Of a stretch of DNA of 64,000 bases, positions 14,330-27,394 are shown one piece after another. A program made the position numbers and the translations under genes. The stretch covers positions 31,000,001-31,064,000 of the forward strand of contig OZ320314.1 of assembly GCA_976226885.1 (NCBI GenBank). The letters run 5' to 3'. Under the pieces are notes generated by a model. The model was not told the origin of the DNA. It searched no databases and saw nothing but the letters and a program-made list of their open reading frames with translations. This DNA comes from Iphione sp. A-MEVVRFRX5 (taxonomy: Eukaryota). Position 1 is the first letter of the stretch. Each line of letters opens with the position of its first letter.

Positions 14330-14700
14330 AGCTCAGCTTTGTTCGCTCACCATCAGTAAGATTACTTCTAAGGGGGAGAAATGATAAGTAGAGAGCCACA
14401 CTTTGTGATTTTGATAATGTCTCATAATACGTATGTGGTATGTTGTGTATGGTTATATGGGAAGCTGTCCAAAATGTTGTTTGGTTGGTCGCACGTTAAT
14501 GGCAAGGCTTTTCCGTGTCTTAGGGCTGTTAAATAGTTAAGCGAGTCAGAAAGCTTTTGGCAAATGACACAGAAAGCACCAGTGATGATAGACCCCTGTT
14601 CATTCGAATGCATTGTCATCGTGTTAAACTTGAGATAGAGGTTTAGCCATTTAGTCGATGGCATATAGAACTCTGTACAATTCACGTGTCACTGTACACG
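14330..14700 (-). pseudogene. Degenerate APE-like endonuclease of a LINE (CR1/L2-like)
   Basis: ORF 14422..14685 has FYMPS (cf. YRPP), IITGAF (cf. IIxGDFN) and TCDQPNNILD (cf. PTRxxNILD) in the canonical order and roughly canonical spacing. Confidence 0.45.
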
Positions 14701-16277
14701 ATTTAATCATGATGTTGCACTAGTTATCATGGCAATGAATTGCGACATGCCCCTTGCAAACCAACGAGAGTTTGCATGTAGTGCGATAACGGCACCAACA
14801 TGCGCCAACCATCATACTGTGGCGTTTTACAGTAACTATCTATGTATGTCAACAAAGATCCAGTCTGAATTGTATTCGTGACAAGTTACTTTCGAGTAAA
14901 GAACCTGACATAGGTTACGGTAACAGCTTCAAAATTAATTAATAAAATTAGAGACATTATTTTGTTGACCCTTTAAAGAGGAGTAGTGGGCATTGTCATT
15001 GTAGACGTATACGCACATGTGCTACAGGAATATATATTACAGAACGCTTCCTCTATCAACTTTGACAAAGGTTTCAACTTTTAGTATAACACAAAGTTAT
15101 TGATCCCATTGGGAATTTACCAGTCACCTGAAACCAATGGTTTTGCTTCTCTAAAGAGTCACCTTTATTTACTATAGAAGAAAGAGTTGCCCACACTATT
15201 GGCCCTAACCAATTGATCTGAAGCTGATTCCTTCTGTTACAGACAGAGTTAACAATGACAGCTAGTTCCGCATACAGACAAACAACAAGTAAAACATCTT
15301 GTCGAACAAATACGTGTACACATGCTGATGAGGCAGCATCCTGTCCGCTTGACAGCAATGATTGAGCAATTTTGTTTTGCAAAGTCATAGCTGACAAGAA
15401 GTTGTTGAATACTGTTAACGTCCTTTGAATAATAATGATATCATTTAGGTGTCCGATGTATTTAATGCAACCAATCCATTAGGGAGGAAGGATTCTTCTT
15501 GTTCATAAATAAGTATTTTTCTATAAACATTGCTTATTCATTCCCGCAACATCAAGTTTCGGTAGAAGTTCTCTAAGTTCACAGCTTTGCAGGGAATAGT
15601 AATTAGGTCACTGGCAAGCACCCCCCTAACATATTGCATTGTAGTGTAAACGTTTATTTCTGAAGATGATGCTACATATAAAATGTATAGTCTCCAGATC
15701 GTAACACAAGATTATGTGAAAAAATAATAAGATGAATTAATGTTATGTGCACCAATACCATGCAGCTCATTATTGAAATTAACTCTTATGTACGCATACA
15801 TAATGGGGGGATAATATTACAGTAAAAGTAAACAGTATTATCTTATGACAACTCAATCTTCCAGTCAAACCAGTATCAATATCAATTCAAATAGATATGA
15901 AAAAATATCTATATATTCAGATCAGAGTTTGTTCAAGTCAAGGCAAAACAAAGCAAAGCGAAGCGAAGAAAGGACACTATTCTGGACTGAGTAATAAAGA
16001 AACATCGTTATGATCGGTAATGCACACATTCCTGTAGGTTCGGTAGGTCGGTGGTATAATTTTTTTTATTTTTCATTTTTTCTATGTTAAATTTTACTTA
16101 AAGAAACAAATTAACATGGTATCATATGATATAATGCTTAGATCTTCATGAAACTTAGATTAAATGAAAGCTACTAATGTAGGCAACAAAATGGTATATT
16201 GCAGATGTCTCTACCATGATTCATTCTAAAGTTATAAACAAAACAGTAAAAAAATAAAAAGATGCCAATGGCTTCAA

Positions 16278-16328
16278 TGTAGGGTCGGTCGGGTTACCGG
16301 AAACACATACATTTTTTTTCTAGGCCTT
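16278..16328 (-). mobile_element. Terminus of a non-autonomous DNA transposon (TAAGGCC..GTGTTTCCGGTAACCCGACCGACCCT)
   Basis: A near-identical ~45-bp terminus occurs in the opposite orientation at 58975-59021. The superfamily is not established. Confidence 0.55.
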
Positions 16329-16619
16329 AGGTATATGCACCTCAACGAAAGTCAGCACATACACTAGTCATCCTTGAGCACAAATACAAATGCATGCAGC
16401 ACCTCAAACGAGGTCCACTGCCTACTCCGAATTTTTAGTCAAAAATAATACTTTCAATTAATGAATGCATTACTATCTAACGAAAATAAATAAATAACGT
16501 ATGCCTCAACCGAGGTCAGTAGTACCATTTCAGCCCAGTAAAGTATCCATAAGCAGGTTGTACCTCAACCGAGATCTGCAACCCTTACCATTTATAAATC
16601 TATGGTGCCCTCCAATTTT

Positions 16620-17260
16620 CTTTGGTTAACTTATTGTAATATAACATCATGTTATACTTAATTTCATATGTTGAGTCAGTCAGAATAATATCTGTTGGTA
16701 GTTTGTTCCACAAAACAATTTTACAGTATGATGGAGACTTTCTAAATTTCTCAAACTTCGCTTTTGGGATTTTTCGCACATGAGACACACATGATCTGAC
16801 ATTTTCACGACGGCTTAAACTTCTCACACTACCGAGGGTTTTGTAACTTGTTGAGTAAGGTACATTAAGAATATAGAACGTAGATATAATGTCAAAGACT
16901 GCCACCAGATATGATAATTACTGTGTATGGGACTAGTCAGAATAGATTACAGTACACGTTCCAGCTACAGTCGGTCGGTTAAGCGGTATTGTCAGTCATG
17001 CGGTCGGCGTTTATGGAAGGATCACTGTAGTGGCACCAACAGACATCTAAAATTCTACTTTAGGAAAATGGAGGAAGCTCGATGTCAGTTCAACATATAA
17101 GACTGGCAAGGCTTAGAATTCAGCTTGCCAAGAGCTGTTCGATCCCAAGTTTTGAAGCGATCCCAACCTCGTTAAAGATTGTATCACCTATAATTATCAA
17201 TATAATCACTGCTCTTTGTAGTCTCAAAAAGCCATTGCAGTATGAATCTGATGAGGATCA
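16620..17260 (-). pseudogene. 3-prime end of a LINE ORF2 (L2/Crack-like), interrupted by a MITE
   Basis: ORF 16600..16905 contains FRKSPSYCKIVLWNKLPTDIILTDSTYEIK, a typical post-RT WNxLP motif. The upstream part gives RLQRAVIIL..KLG (cf. LQNRAARIIL..LGW). Confidence 0.7.
16968..17027. mobile_element. Internally deleted CAGT..ACTG MITE nested in the LINE remnant
   Basis: TA|CAGTCGGTCGGTTAAGCGG ... GGATCACTG|TA. Confidence 0.5.
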
Positions 17261-20200
17261 TTCGAGAGAAAATCGTGATTTTAATAGAAAAAAACACAAC
17301 CAAACCAAACAGTAATCAGATTACTAAATTTGATGAACTGGCGCGTGTACGAGAAATGTGTACAACTGCAGATGTTTTCCCACCGGTTCAGAATGTTCAT
17401 ATTCCCAGCAGAAATATTATAGAATAATGCTGAACTCCGTCTGCAGTATGCATTGAATAAACATTCACTTATCTCGCCATTATATTTGTTGGGAATTGGA
17501 AGGATAATGGTTCGGAACGTGTTGACTGCTTTTTCCTCCGTTTTGATTTGAAGTTGCGACCGCTACGTATGCTCTGTAAAGTCGTTTTAGGAGGAATTGA
17601 TGCTGTTTCGTGTTTGAATATTTAAATATAGGCATTCCACTGTAAAAAAGGTGATTTTATTAGCTTATTTCGCGAATTTAGTACCAAATATTATAAAAAA
17701 AGACAGCCCAAGTGGACACTTCATCGCAACCATTACGGAAGGGGTTCTAGGAAGGCTGTTTTTTCACCAAATCATGGGTGAGTCGAGATCACCCTCCTCA
17801 ATCCTCTCGTGAAGCTTCGGTGAATGAAATGCGACATTGCTTACCTTTGTATGCACAGCCGCTTTGCTACCGGAAGTTTTCCCCATTAATTCTCACAAGG
17901 TGTTTGCACCCGTTACTGTCTCCGGCACCCACAAGGTTTTATGTTTGCTTATCAAGCCTTGCCCGAGCCCCCAGTTCCACACCTTACTTGTGCATGCGTA
18001 TGCGCTTGCATGAAATCAATGAGTATTGCTTGGAAATGGACAATGCACATGCAGTGCAAGCAACTCACACAGAGCATACATGCCTCTAAGGTAAGGAAAC
18101 CTTCTCATTGATATCAACCTGCTGGTAAATTAATGCAACATTCAAGTAATGCACATGCAACACTTAATGAGCCACAGCCACACATATAGACAAAGGTTTG
18201 GTTTAGTTCCTCTGCAAATCCCTCATTTCGACTTTTGCGTAGGATTATGTGAATTAACGCATGCGTTCTAGTGAGGCTAAAATCTAGTGGGACACTCCCT
18301 CCACAACAAATCTCTTTTGCCCGCCGCCGGCCTCACTATCTCGATCTCCCTTTTCATCAATAAGTTTCGACACAAAGGTGGCCCATCACCGGACTGACAT
18401 ATCTCGGCCCCCTGAGACGATGGAGCTAGATACAAACGTCGATTTTTTGTTGCTTATACCCCAGGTTATATGAAACACACTACGCCCTTTGCTCTGCCAC
18501 AAAGTGGCCCTTCATGTCGACATTTGCACTCATGTGTAAAGCCTGAGTTCATGTATTTCCATAGGAGAGGTGATAAAGAGTATGAAGCATATAGAAATAA
18601 CCACCTCTAATGCATGTTGGCATTAAACATCACCTTGAAATAACCCATGCAAGTCATAAGAACCTAGTTTGATTTATATCAAGATTTAGGTGATAATGTA
18701 ACAAATTAGTCAGTACTTGTATTTGTATACGAATTTACCGGTATAAATAAGGTTATAAAAATATAGGTGTAGGTTATTTGGAATCAGTAAAAATAACATA
18801 TCTTTCTCAACGTAACTTTCCAATTTTTCTCGACATTTCCTGCATCATTGATATTCTAAAGATAATGTTTTAGCACCGGCGCTCATGTCACCACATTTCC
18901 AAAGTATCGCATACCAAGGAGCGGTGCTGGATTTCTATCAGTGCCGCAGTGTGTGCCCAGACGTAGCTACCTAGTTGTCATAACCATAATATGGCGAGTA
19001 TCTTACACCTTATCTTCAGCAAAATACACTTGATTCATCTGCGTTTGCCGGGGCTCTCGCAATTGCTTTGCTGATATCTGAAATGGGAATTCCGTATTCT
19101 GGATGCATACAGCCCGTACTGGCGTCTGCTGGATATATGGATCTTTTATGCTACTATGTTAACTGGTAAATGTTAACGCATTCTGTCTGAGATTCTGGCG
19201 ATTATGAATATTATGCAGCGTTTCCACATTTGGTCATTAACACAGTTTCCCTAATGTATAGCATCGCCAATGTCTTATCGAGGGACAAAGGTAGTGAAGT
19301 GTAAATGATAAGTAATTTTAATGGTAGTATCATCTTATCCAGTCATCTTGAGGAACATCCATTTGTATTGTGTGGAAAGAGATGCTGGGTTATATCGCCT
19401 ATCGCCCTCTATAGAAAGTATGGCGCCTATGACAGTTTGTTACCTGTCAAATGATCGAGTGATCGAAATCACCATCTATTTAATGAGCTTCATCTTCATT
19501 GTTATTCCTCGTTGAAACACTTAGCGTTCGCCAAATCCCATGAACTTTGCTTTGCTCGTGTTCGGTTCTGGTCCAGTCCCCGTCGCCTAGTAGTCAATAC
19601 TATTCCGAAGAATGAGTGCCAAATATAGAACATGTTTCCCTGTCGAGAACATTATCGAATCGTCCATAAAAAGTGTTATCATTCCCTGTGTGATCAACCG
19701 AGAAATATGGTTGAATGTCGCGGAGGAGAGCACTGGACAAGAGTTCAAACTCTTCCAGTATCCCTAGGTACAAGGCAGACAGGCCAGCGCAGCATTTCCC
19801 ACTTAACTCGCCTACACGGTGAACGCTGGAAGCAACGTAATTCTACAGAACACTGATCAACAGACAACAACTTCGCATGATAAGGTTAGGTTTATCTTTC
19901 CACCACAAATTCTTGTCATCACTAGCTATTCCTATTTCTTCCTACATATTTCGGGATCATTTCTTATGCTCATGCAAATTATGAAAAGGTTTGCCCCTTT
20001 TTGGGAACAGACTGCAATTGCAGATATCTTGTTAGTCGGTTGCCATTACAGATTTTGACTTCACCAGGGTTACCGAAGTCAATGTATTGCTATTTAATGT
20101 TATACTGGTTGTGCAGAAAATCTAACCATTGTGCATGCTAATAACAATTTTCCAGGGCCCCCCCCCAAAAAAAAACACTTGGCGTGATGCTGTGTAACAT

Positions 20201-20729
20201 GATAACAGGAGTGCTGATTAGTCATGGAAAGGATGTATTCGTGGTAGAAGTACTGGACTGGACCTAGAAATCTCCATTACCACAGAAAATAATAATTAGT
20301 CTGCATTTTTTTACGCACTTGGGGTATTAGTTGGACCCTTTACATGCATCCTCGGTTAAAATTGAAATAAAATGATGGAAAACACGTGGGTACAGCCATG
20401 TTTGCTGTCCTCAATTGAATTTAATCTTACCGTAAAGCCTGAATCTCTTTGGTCAACGTGTATGCATGTGTGTCCTTATTTAGCGAACGATTTAACAATT
20501 GACCCATCGCCTACAATTGGTTTACCTATAAGTGTGGTGGGGTTTTACAAATACAGATCCATGTTTACGTTTACTGCATTCAATGAAAACACTTCAAGTC
20601 TCTGTCGCAACTGCTCCATTCGCTTGACCATGAATAGCAGCAGAAGCAGCTCAAAGCTGATGTTTTAAAGGTGGATTTCTTGTTATTTTGATGTAGTAGT
20701 TTTGCTGATACAGTCAGAAAGTGATATGT

Positions 20730-20930
20730 CTATTTTGTAGGGAAAATCAAACACGACTTTGCAAAATTCGTAAGGCGTGCTAATAGATTTTTGAGTGATC
20801 ATCCTAAATATCCCTGTTACTGTGAAGTAGTAGGGTTCTTTTTTGTGTGGATAATGAAACACGAATTTGCAAACGTTGCAAGGTTTAATAATAGAATTTT
20901 TAGAGGTATTATCCTAAATACCCTTGAGAT
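20730..20930. repeat. Diverged tandem duplication, period ~109 bp
   Basis: Two copies of AAACACGAmTTTGCAAA..AAGG..TAATAGAwTTTT..ATCCTAAATAyCC. Confidence 0.75.
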
Positions 20931-22410
20931 ACACTAATATATAGTCGCATTTGAAATATAGCTCAGACAGCGCCGCAGAGAAGTTGCTGAATGCCACATT
21001 ATTTAACCTTTGTCCATAGACTATCATTAAATAGAAGAAGTAGCAGGGGAATTAGAAGTGCAAACAGATCAAGATAAATATGCCAGTCGTGTGAAGAAAT
21101 GTCATCTTAAGTTCTATTGCCTAAAGACAACGAAACAATTTGCGAGCAATTTTGATAGGAAACATTTTGCCCTATCTGATAACTCTTAATAAAGGTGAGG
21201 TACAAATGTCGTATTGCTTATCATCCAAAGCTACCATGTGAAAGAATACTGCACTAAGAGAGAACCAGAACGTTATCGGTTGTCAGTTCTGTTCATAGTC
21301 TTCCGTTTGGTTGTTTGGTGGTGTTTTTAACCACGGAAAATTGACCACACAGCGCAGTTTTGATAATACAAAGATCATAAGATAATCCATGATACAAAAA
21401 TTGTTTTATGATACTATAAACCTCGAAGCCCATCTTTCCGTTTTGGAATTCTTTTTCATTTATAACTGCCCAGTCATTTTGAATTTAAAATTATTCTTGC
21501 TGTTTAAAGTTTTTTTTTATTGATAATTGCTATTGATTCTGTTACACTCTTCTCATGGGTTGCCAGCTGAAACCTCCAGACGGAAGTACTTCACATGAAC
21601 TAGTACTGAATGCGAACTGACAGAAAGATTACTCGCTGTTTGATTAAAAAAATTAACTATGTAAATAAAGTTTGAATATATCATCACTGGAAATGTTACT
21701 CATTTCAAGGAAACCAAAGCTTACGCATGGATTACATTTGACGCTGGCATGTTGGGGACATGATGAGAAACGATAAATACAGTCATCCCTCATTTAAGGG
21801 CAATCACTTACAAAACTCAGATTCCCGACATCATACACTGCAACACGTTGCACCCTTATTATATTAGAAGGATTTATCGACCGACAGCATCCAGATAACC
21901 GAATAGAACATATACAACCAGTCTATGTCGAATAACGAGGGTCTACTGTACACGCGGAAGCCAAAATGAATTCCTGGCGAGTTATTATTGGAGCAAATAG
22001 CGTACGAGCGAGTAAATCTTTGGCTACACGGACCATATGTATCTCCTAATGCGAGCACACAAAACCGGGGACAGCTTCGCATCAATAAATGGAGATGTAG
22101 GAGGAATACGCGAGGGAGCGGGTGGGGGGATGAAGGCGTCAAGGTGGATGACGCAGTCGATGGAGGCAAATGTCCTCACTATGATATCGATCAAGAGGGT
22201 ATGATACCCAGACAGGTCTCTAGGGGTAGAGGTAGATAATCTGCATACTTTCCTAAAATGCATGGATGATCGAGATGATGAACTGATAGTTGGCCACGGT
22301 AAAAAAAAACAGAGCACGAAATAACGGTGTATCCTTATCAACAAGACATTCGTGTAAATACTTGGGACAAATGAAACAGACCTAATAAAGTAGGAGTTAA
22401 CGGTAAAGTG

Positions 22411-22490
22411 CAGTAGAACCCCTCTACAAAGGACACCCTCTATAAGGGACACCCCTCACTATGGACAGATTGGAAAGGAACCAACTCTAT
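22411..22490 (+). mobile_element. Left half of a CAGT-type MITE
   Basis: CAGTAGAACCCCTCTACAAAGGACACCCTCTATAAGGGACACC resembles the termini at 3986 and 62600. No right end is visible. Confidence 0.5.
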
Positions 22491-24408
22491 ATAATTCGAA
22501 ATATCTTATCCAATTGAAGAGCCAGGTACATCGTAACAAAGATTCATGCAACCCTGCTTACAGGCAATCCTAATAAAAGTGGCACTGGTTCATCAAACAT
22601 CCTCCCGAGCGGAGCTAATGTACAAACTGCAAGAAGGTCTCCATGAGAAAAAAAGCAAATTTTTAAAATCAAGTTAGACGTCAGCATAAAAGCCCGACGG
22701 TTAGGTTTTAATATCTACACAGTGAGTCATCAGAAAATATCTAAATACTCAATATATGAAAATCGTCATTTCTGAAAGAATTAGCCATATAGGTACACTA
22801 CAGATAGCCTGTGAGAAGCACCTTTGCTACATGCAATTAGACATATCGCTTGTGAACCGTGCACTTTAGTTCTGTGTCGTTTATACGAGGAACATGTGGG
22901 CGGGGGCGACTATCTCTCCGTTGATAACGTACTTATTTCTCTTCAGGGAAAGGAAAGCGCTGAATATTCACGAACTATCGGCAGACCATTAGGGAATCAT
23001 ATATATATATATATGCGGCGACACAGAATTCTCTGTAAACAAGCCAAGAAATAAGCAGCATATTGCATTATAAAGAAAGGATTTGTGGAGTTATTGAAGA
23101 GATCCTGAACAGATAATATTAATGTGAAATGAAAGTTTTATCATCCAGTTGGATTAGAACAGTTTTATTAACACACACACACTGTGCAAAAATAACCGCC
23201 ACTGATGTCTAAATATGTTCAGCAACACCATTGTGTTATAAAGCTATAGAATGAAACAAGAACCTTTGGCTATTGACGCGCTCTGTGGATCACCCCTTGA
23301 TTTAATCTACCTCTATTTATTCATCACAATGTTGACCATGGGAATTGGGCTACAGGGAGTGTCATCGCTTCGGACGATACAGCGTTAGATACGATGATTT
23401 ATTGATGAAGAACACACGCTTGGCAAATTCGACAATGCATTTTAACGGGTGTCTACTTACACAGAGCCCATTGAAGGCACATCTATCTTAAGAAAGCAAA
23501 AGATAATATTAAAAAGTTAAATTCGAAAACCAAAATTAGAGAATTTGACCTACATATGTTTAAGTCTAAGTGATCATCAATTGATATTGCTTTAAGATAG
23601 AAACTAGATTCAGTTATCTGAAGCCAAAGTTGACAAGCAGAATTTCCATTTTTCGTTTTGCAATTTTCCACTAATTATCTGATAAATGAAAAGCGCGATA
23701 AATAGGTGAAAGGGAGGTGTATGTGCCACGTAGTGATATTGCATATATTACATGATATGACTGCTATCATCCCCAACCTTTAACGTGGTCCAGGCGACTT
23801 GCAACCTATATAGCCATCTCATTATTACGCAAGCGTTCCATTGACCAGTAACGACCCGTCCCTCGTCAGAGGTACTATAACGTGTGGCCAGGTGGTTCGC
23901 AGCTGACTTAGTGTCCATGGAGTGGTAAACAGGAAGATTATGAACCATCATCGATGACATTATCTTAATAGAGGGCAATGTTTCCAACATCCTATCTATT
24001 GTCGACTACTACATTAATCATCACCCTCCGATGTTTTATAAGCTATGAAAAATGCGGAATGAAACATAGTAAACAAACCTTGCTATGGATGTATTATTCC
24101 TAATTACATATATCTATATGTACATATAAAGGACAAAATATTTGTATTGTATTGAAAAGGTTTACTTTCGAATGTTCGCGGTCTTATTCACCATCTTCCC
24201 TGAGAGTGCTTTAGATGGCATCCCCAGTAGTCTACCACGCTGGCCATAGAACTTAGTAGTGAATAGTTTCTACCCTTTTCTTTCTCTCTTTTTTTTACAA
24301 CTCGCGAACAGGAAAAAATTGTCGAGGGAAGTCTATTACTTAATATCAAGAGATAGGGACTATGCTGATTGCACCACAGCTGGGACGCAAAAGGCGGAAT
24401 AAGATTCC

Positions 24409-24485
24409 GTTGTCATGGTAACCATGGCCGTCATGCAAGGCCAACTGCCTGCCGGTCTGACTGACAAAAGGGTTGCCATGACTAC
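24409..24485. promoter_or_regulatory. Pair of RFX X-box-like motifs
   Basis: GTTGTCATGGTAAC (24409-24422) and GTTGCCATGACTAC (24472-24485) versus the consensus GTTGCCATGGCAAC. Function is unverified. Confidence 0.35.
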
Positions 24486-24789
24486 GAACATCTGGACAAA
24501 GTTGGAGTCGCTCCATGGCGAGCACAAAAACGAGTTCCGGAAACCGGGGAATACCTATTGATGAATGTAAATAGCAACTTCAATACTGGTGACGTCTGCG
24601 GCTGTCGCCATAAACATCCATGAATGAAAGGTTTCAGACAAGGGACATAAACTAACGTAAAGCTGCTGTAACCATTCCTTGTCCGAAGGAAGGTTCTCTT
24701 TACGTAAGCGCATGTCCGGACATACTCTGTTGTATATTCTTTTTTGTTGGATTTTTTATCAGCAGGTTCAGGAATAAAAAATGTATCTT

Positions 24790-25490
24790 GATCTATTGAC
24801 CTCGAGTTTTGACATGCATGTAAATTCGTGGAGTATATTGGAAATAGCAGCAAAAATATTTATAGATCTGACGTTGAGATTCCGTTTGATGTACCAATAT
24901 CATACGGGAATGAAGAGGCGTTCAATCTCAAGCCGAGATTTGAAAAAAAAAGTTACCATGAAAGAACATAGGTCGCCAGTGATATTGACGTCCTTCTGCA
25001 TGAGATGGCAAGGTTGAATCATGCAGATTAAACCTGAGAAATGGGTTTCGACTTGGTACCAACCCGGGGACGATGGCATTGATTTTGCTTTGGCCGCGCC
25101 TTTAAGGAGTTCATTGCTTCCGGCTTGTACCTATTCACTTTATATCGATTCTCTTTCTTGCTGAACACTTACAGTTGCCATTTTACTAATAGACATGGCG
25201 TGCAATAGAACGCACTCAAATAGCCACAGGAGAGATGATTACAAAGGCAATGTGTTGTTTGAGATTTCCCTCCTTTCGGGCGATAGAGTGTTGGATTCAA
25301 TTGACTTAGCCCGATATCATCCGCCCCATTTCTCCCATTGATTTTCGTTTTTTTTCACCTACCTGACCGGAGGACGATGGCTCTGCCTCGTTTAAAATAA
25401 TTTGCAATAGCTTATTGATCGCTGACCGTACTCTAGACTTCCCCATCCTTTTTTCTTAAAGAAGACTTGGCCGAATGTCTCTCCAAGGGA
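24790..25490 (-). pseudogene. Highly degenerate DUF3504 (Crypton/KCTD1-like) tyrosine recombinase
   Basis: Motifs in the correct order across frames: SLRKKDGEV*S..AIANYFK (25431-25460), RKEGNLKQH, RRGQ (25090-25101), EGRQY, DLCSFMVTFFFKSRL..LF..*YWY..NLNVRSI..AISNI (24975-24840) and RIYMH (24828-24814). Many stops and frameshifts. Confidence 0.5.
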
Positions 25491-26289
25491 CCAGAAACTG
25501 TATTATTATAAAGACGCCAAAATACGAATTTATACGTGATATAATCTACACAGGTCAAATCAGTGTTAATGGTAGGCTCACCTTGGATTGAATACGTCAT
25601 AGAAAGTCATAACGTAGTTAGCCTACTCGCTTCTTTCGTCAAAGATTCCAAGTTTTTTTCTTTTGTTATTGGTATTCGCTTCTATATCCGGTGCCCCCAA
25701 AACATTCCCGAGTATAGTTCATACATATATATATGCTACACTAAAGACGACATTTTTTGACCAGTTCAATAGCAATGCGTGAAAAAATGCTTTCCTTGTA
25801 CCATTGTTGTCGCTGTTTTTAAAAATGAAACAGAGCTTTCCCGACACATATGGACGGCTTATGTCTGCCCTGGAGGGACTGAGGGAGAGAAAAAGCGATG
25901 GAACGACGTGCACATGGGGTACATCAAAGGAGGCTGGAAGTGTAAGGGGAAGAAATGCAAACAACCAGCACTACTACATATGCTGGTATATGCAGTCTAA
26001 CCGTGGTGTTAGGAGGTTTCGACATAAAACTCCTTTTCTAATTGTTCACGTGAAGAAATGAAAAACAGCAACAGGGAAACCTTGAGTAAGCTTCTGATGG
26101 TGCATTAATAGTGCAGGTTTCACTGTTAGGAGTGAATTCAGGTCCGGTCAATGGTACCTGGACAGGGTTTTAGCAGTAGGACAGATATCCCCCCTAACGA
26201 AAGAATCTATTATTATTATTTCTATTTTTATTAGTGGAGTACCCACAATTTGATTAATTGCAGACATTTGTCACATTTTCTTCTGTTCA

Positions 26290-26550
26290 CCCGGCGAAAA
26301 CCATGTTTATAAAAGACAGCAATTTGTTTTCTGTGATATACACCAAGATATCGGTCCCATCTGCTTCGCGGCCCTTCTCTCTCTCCCTGATGACGAACAG
26401 CCGGGAGGAGCCATTTGGATTACAACCTACCATGACTTCGCATGGATCCAGGATGCCTGCCTCCTTCTTCAAAGAGCATCCGGCCGCTTCATAGGAGAAC
26501 TAATTTCGCTGTGGTTGGGTCCTTCCAAATAGCCCAGGGCTGGGACGTCA
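26290..26550 (-). pseudogene. Possible degenerate Myb/SANT-like (trihelix) ORF, as in the Harbinger second gene
   Basis: AIWKDP..AKL, then after a frameshift RN*FSYEAAGCSLKKEAGILDPC (cf. IWxDxxIQxxL..RNxxxYExIAxxLxxxGxxRxxxQC). Codons are GC3-rich. Confidence 0.3.
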
Positions 26551-27234
26551 TCGCTTTTCGCGCTTCGTTTTATTTTTCATTACGTTTTCAACACATTTCG
26601 GCATGGCATTGTATGATGTGCATTTTGCTTATTTTATTCTGTTCTGTTTGCTTTGTACTAACATATTATCTTCGTTGCGTGCTACAACTAGACCTATTGC
26701 ACGGATATATACTGCTAGGAAAATAGCGGTTGAGTGGAGACATTTGTGTGGCTAGTAGTATATGCAAATGGTCTCGTCACACAGGCAAAGATTTATGAAG
26801 GAACTCCACGTACAAAATGACTACTGGTCTCCACAACGGAAAGAGCGATATTGCAAGTAAAAGGTAATGTGGAGGGCAAAGGTTTAACTAAATTTTCTTG
26901 TATACGATTGGAAAACTGAGTAGCAAACAGATGTTATTCTCTATGGATGAAAGTGTTTTCTGGTTGTCTGCTGTGTTTGATGGAGTTCCTAATGGCCGGG
27001 TGTTCGTTCTCCGTAGCTCATCTATGGGAAGCCGACCTTGACCACTTCAAGCGGTGTGTTGGTTATAAACCTCATCTTTGAGGTACCGAACTTGGCGGAG
27101 GCAAGTGTGAGACTCTGTTGACATAATAGGAGTGGGATACCCTGGTTGATATATGCTGTCGTCTATAATGGCATACATAGAGAGAAAGAGAGAGAGAAAG
27201 AGATTTATTGTAATGTATGTACATGTATATATCG

Positions 27235-27394
27235 TTTCATGGAGGTTTAGGCATATTGGTAGAAATGGTGCAGTTTTTCATGGAGGTTGAGGCATAATGG
27301 TCAAAATTGTGCAGTTTTTAATGGAGGTTGAGGCATATCAGTCGAAATTGTGCAGTTTTTCATGGAGGCTGAGGCATATCAGTAGAAATTGTGT
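27235..27394. repeat. 41-bp minisatellite, 4 copies
   Basis: (C/A)ATGGAGG starts at 27238, 27279, 27320 and 27361. The unit is ~CATGGAGGTTGAGGCATATCAGTAGAAATTGTGCAGTTTTT. Confidence 0.92.

Noticed and set aside
15325-15346. CTGATGA followed by a hairpin (hammerhead-like)
   Set aside because: There is no GAAA after stem II, so the catalytic core is incomplete.
27235-27394. CRISPR-like periodic array (also considered for 16337-16580)
   Set aside because: The units are contiguous with no unique spacers, there are no cas genes, and the context is eukaryotic. The 16.3-kb repeats are short, degenerate and irregularly spaced.
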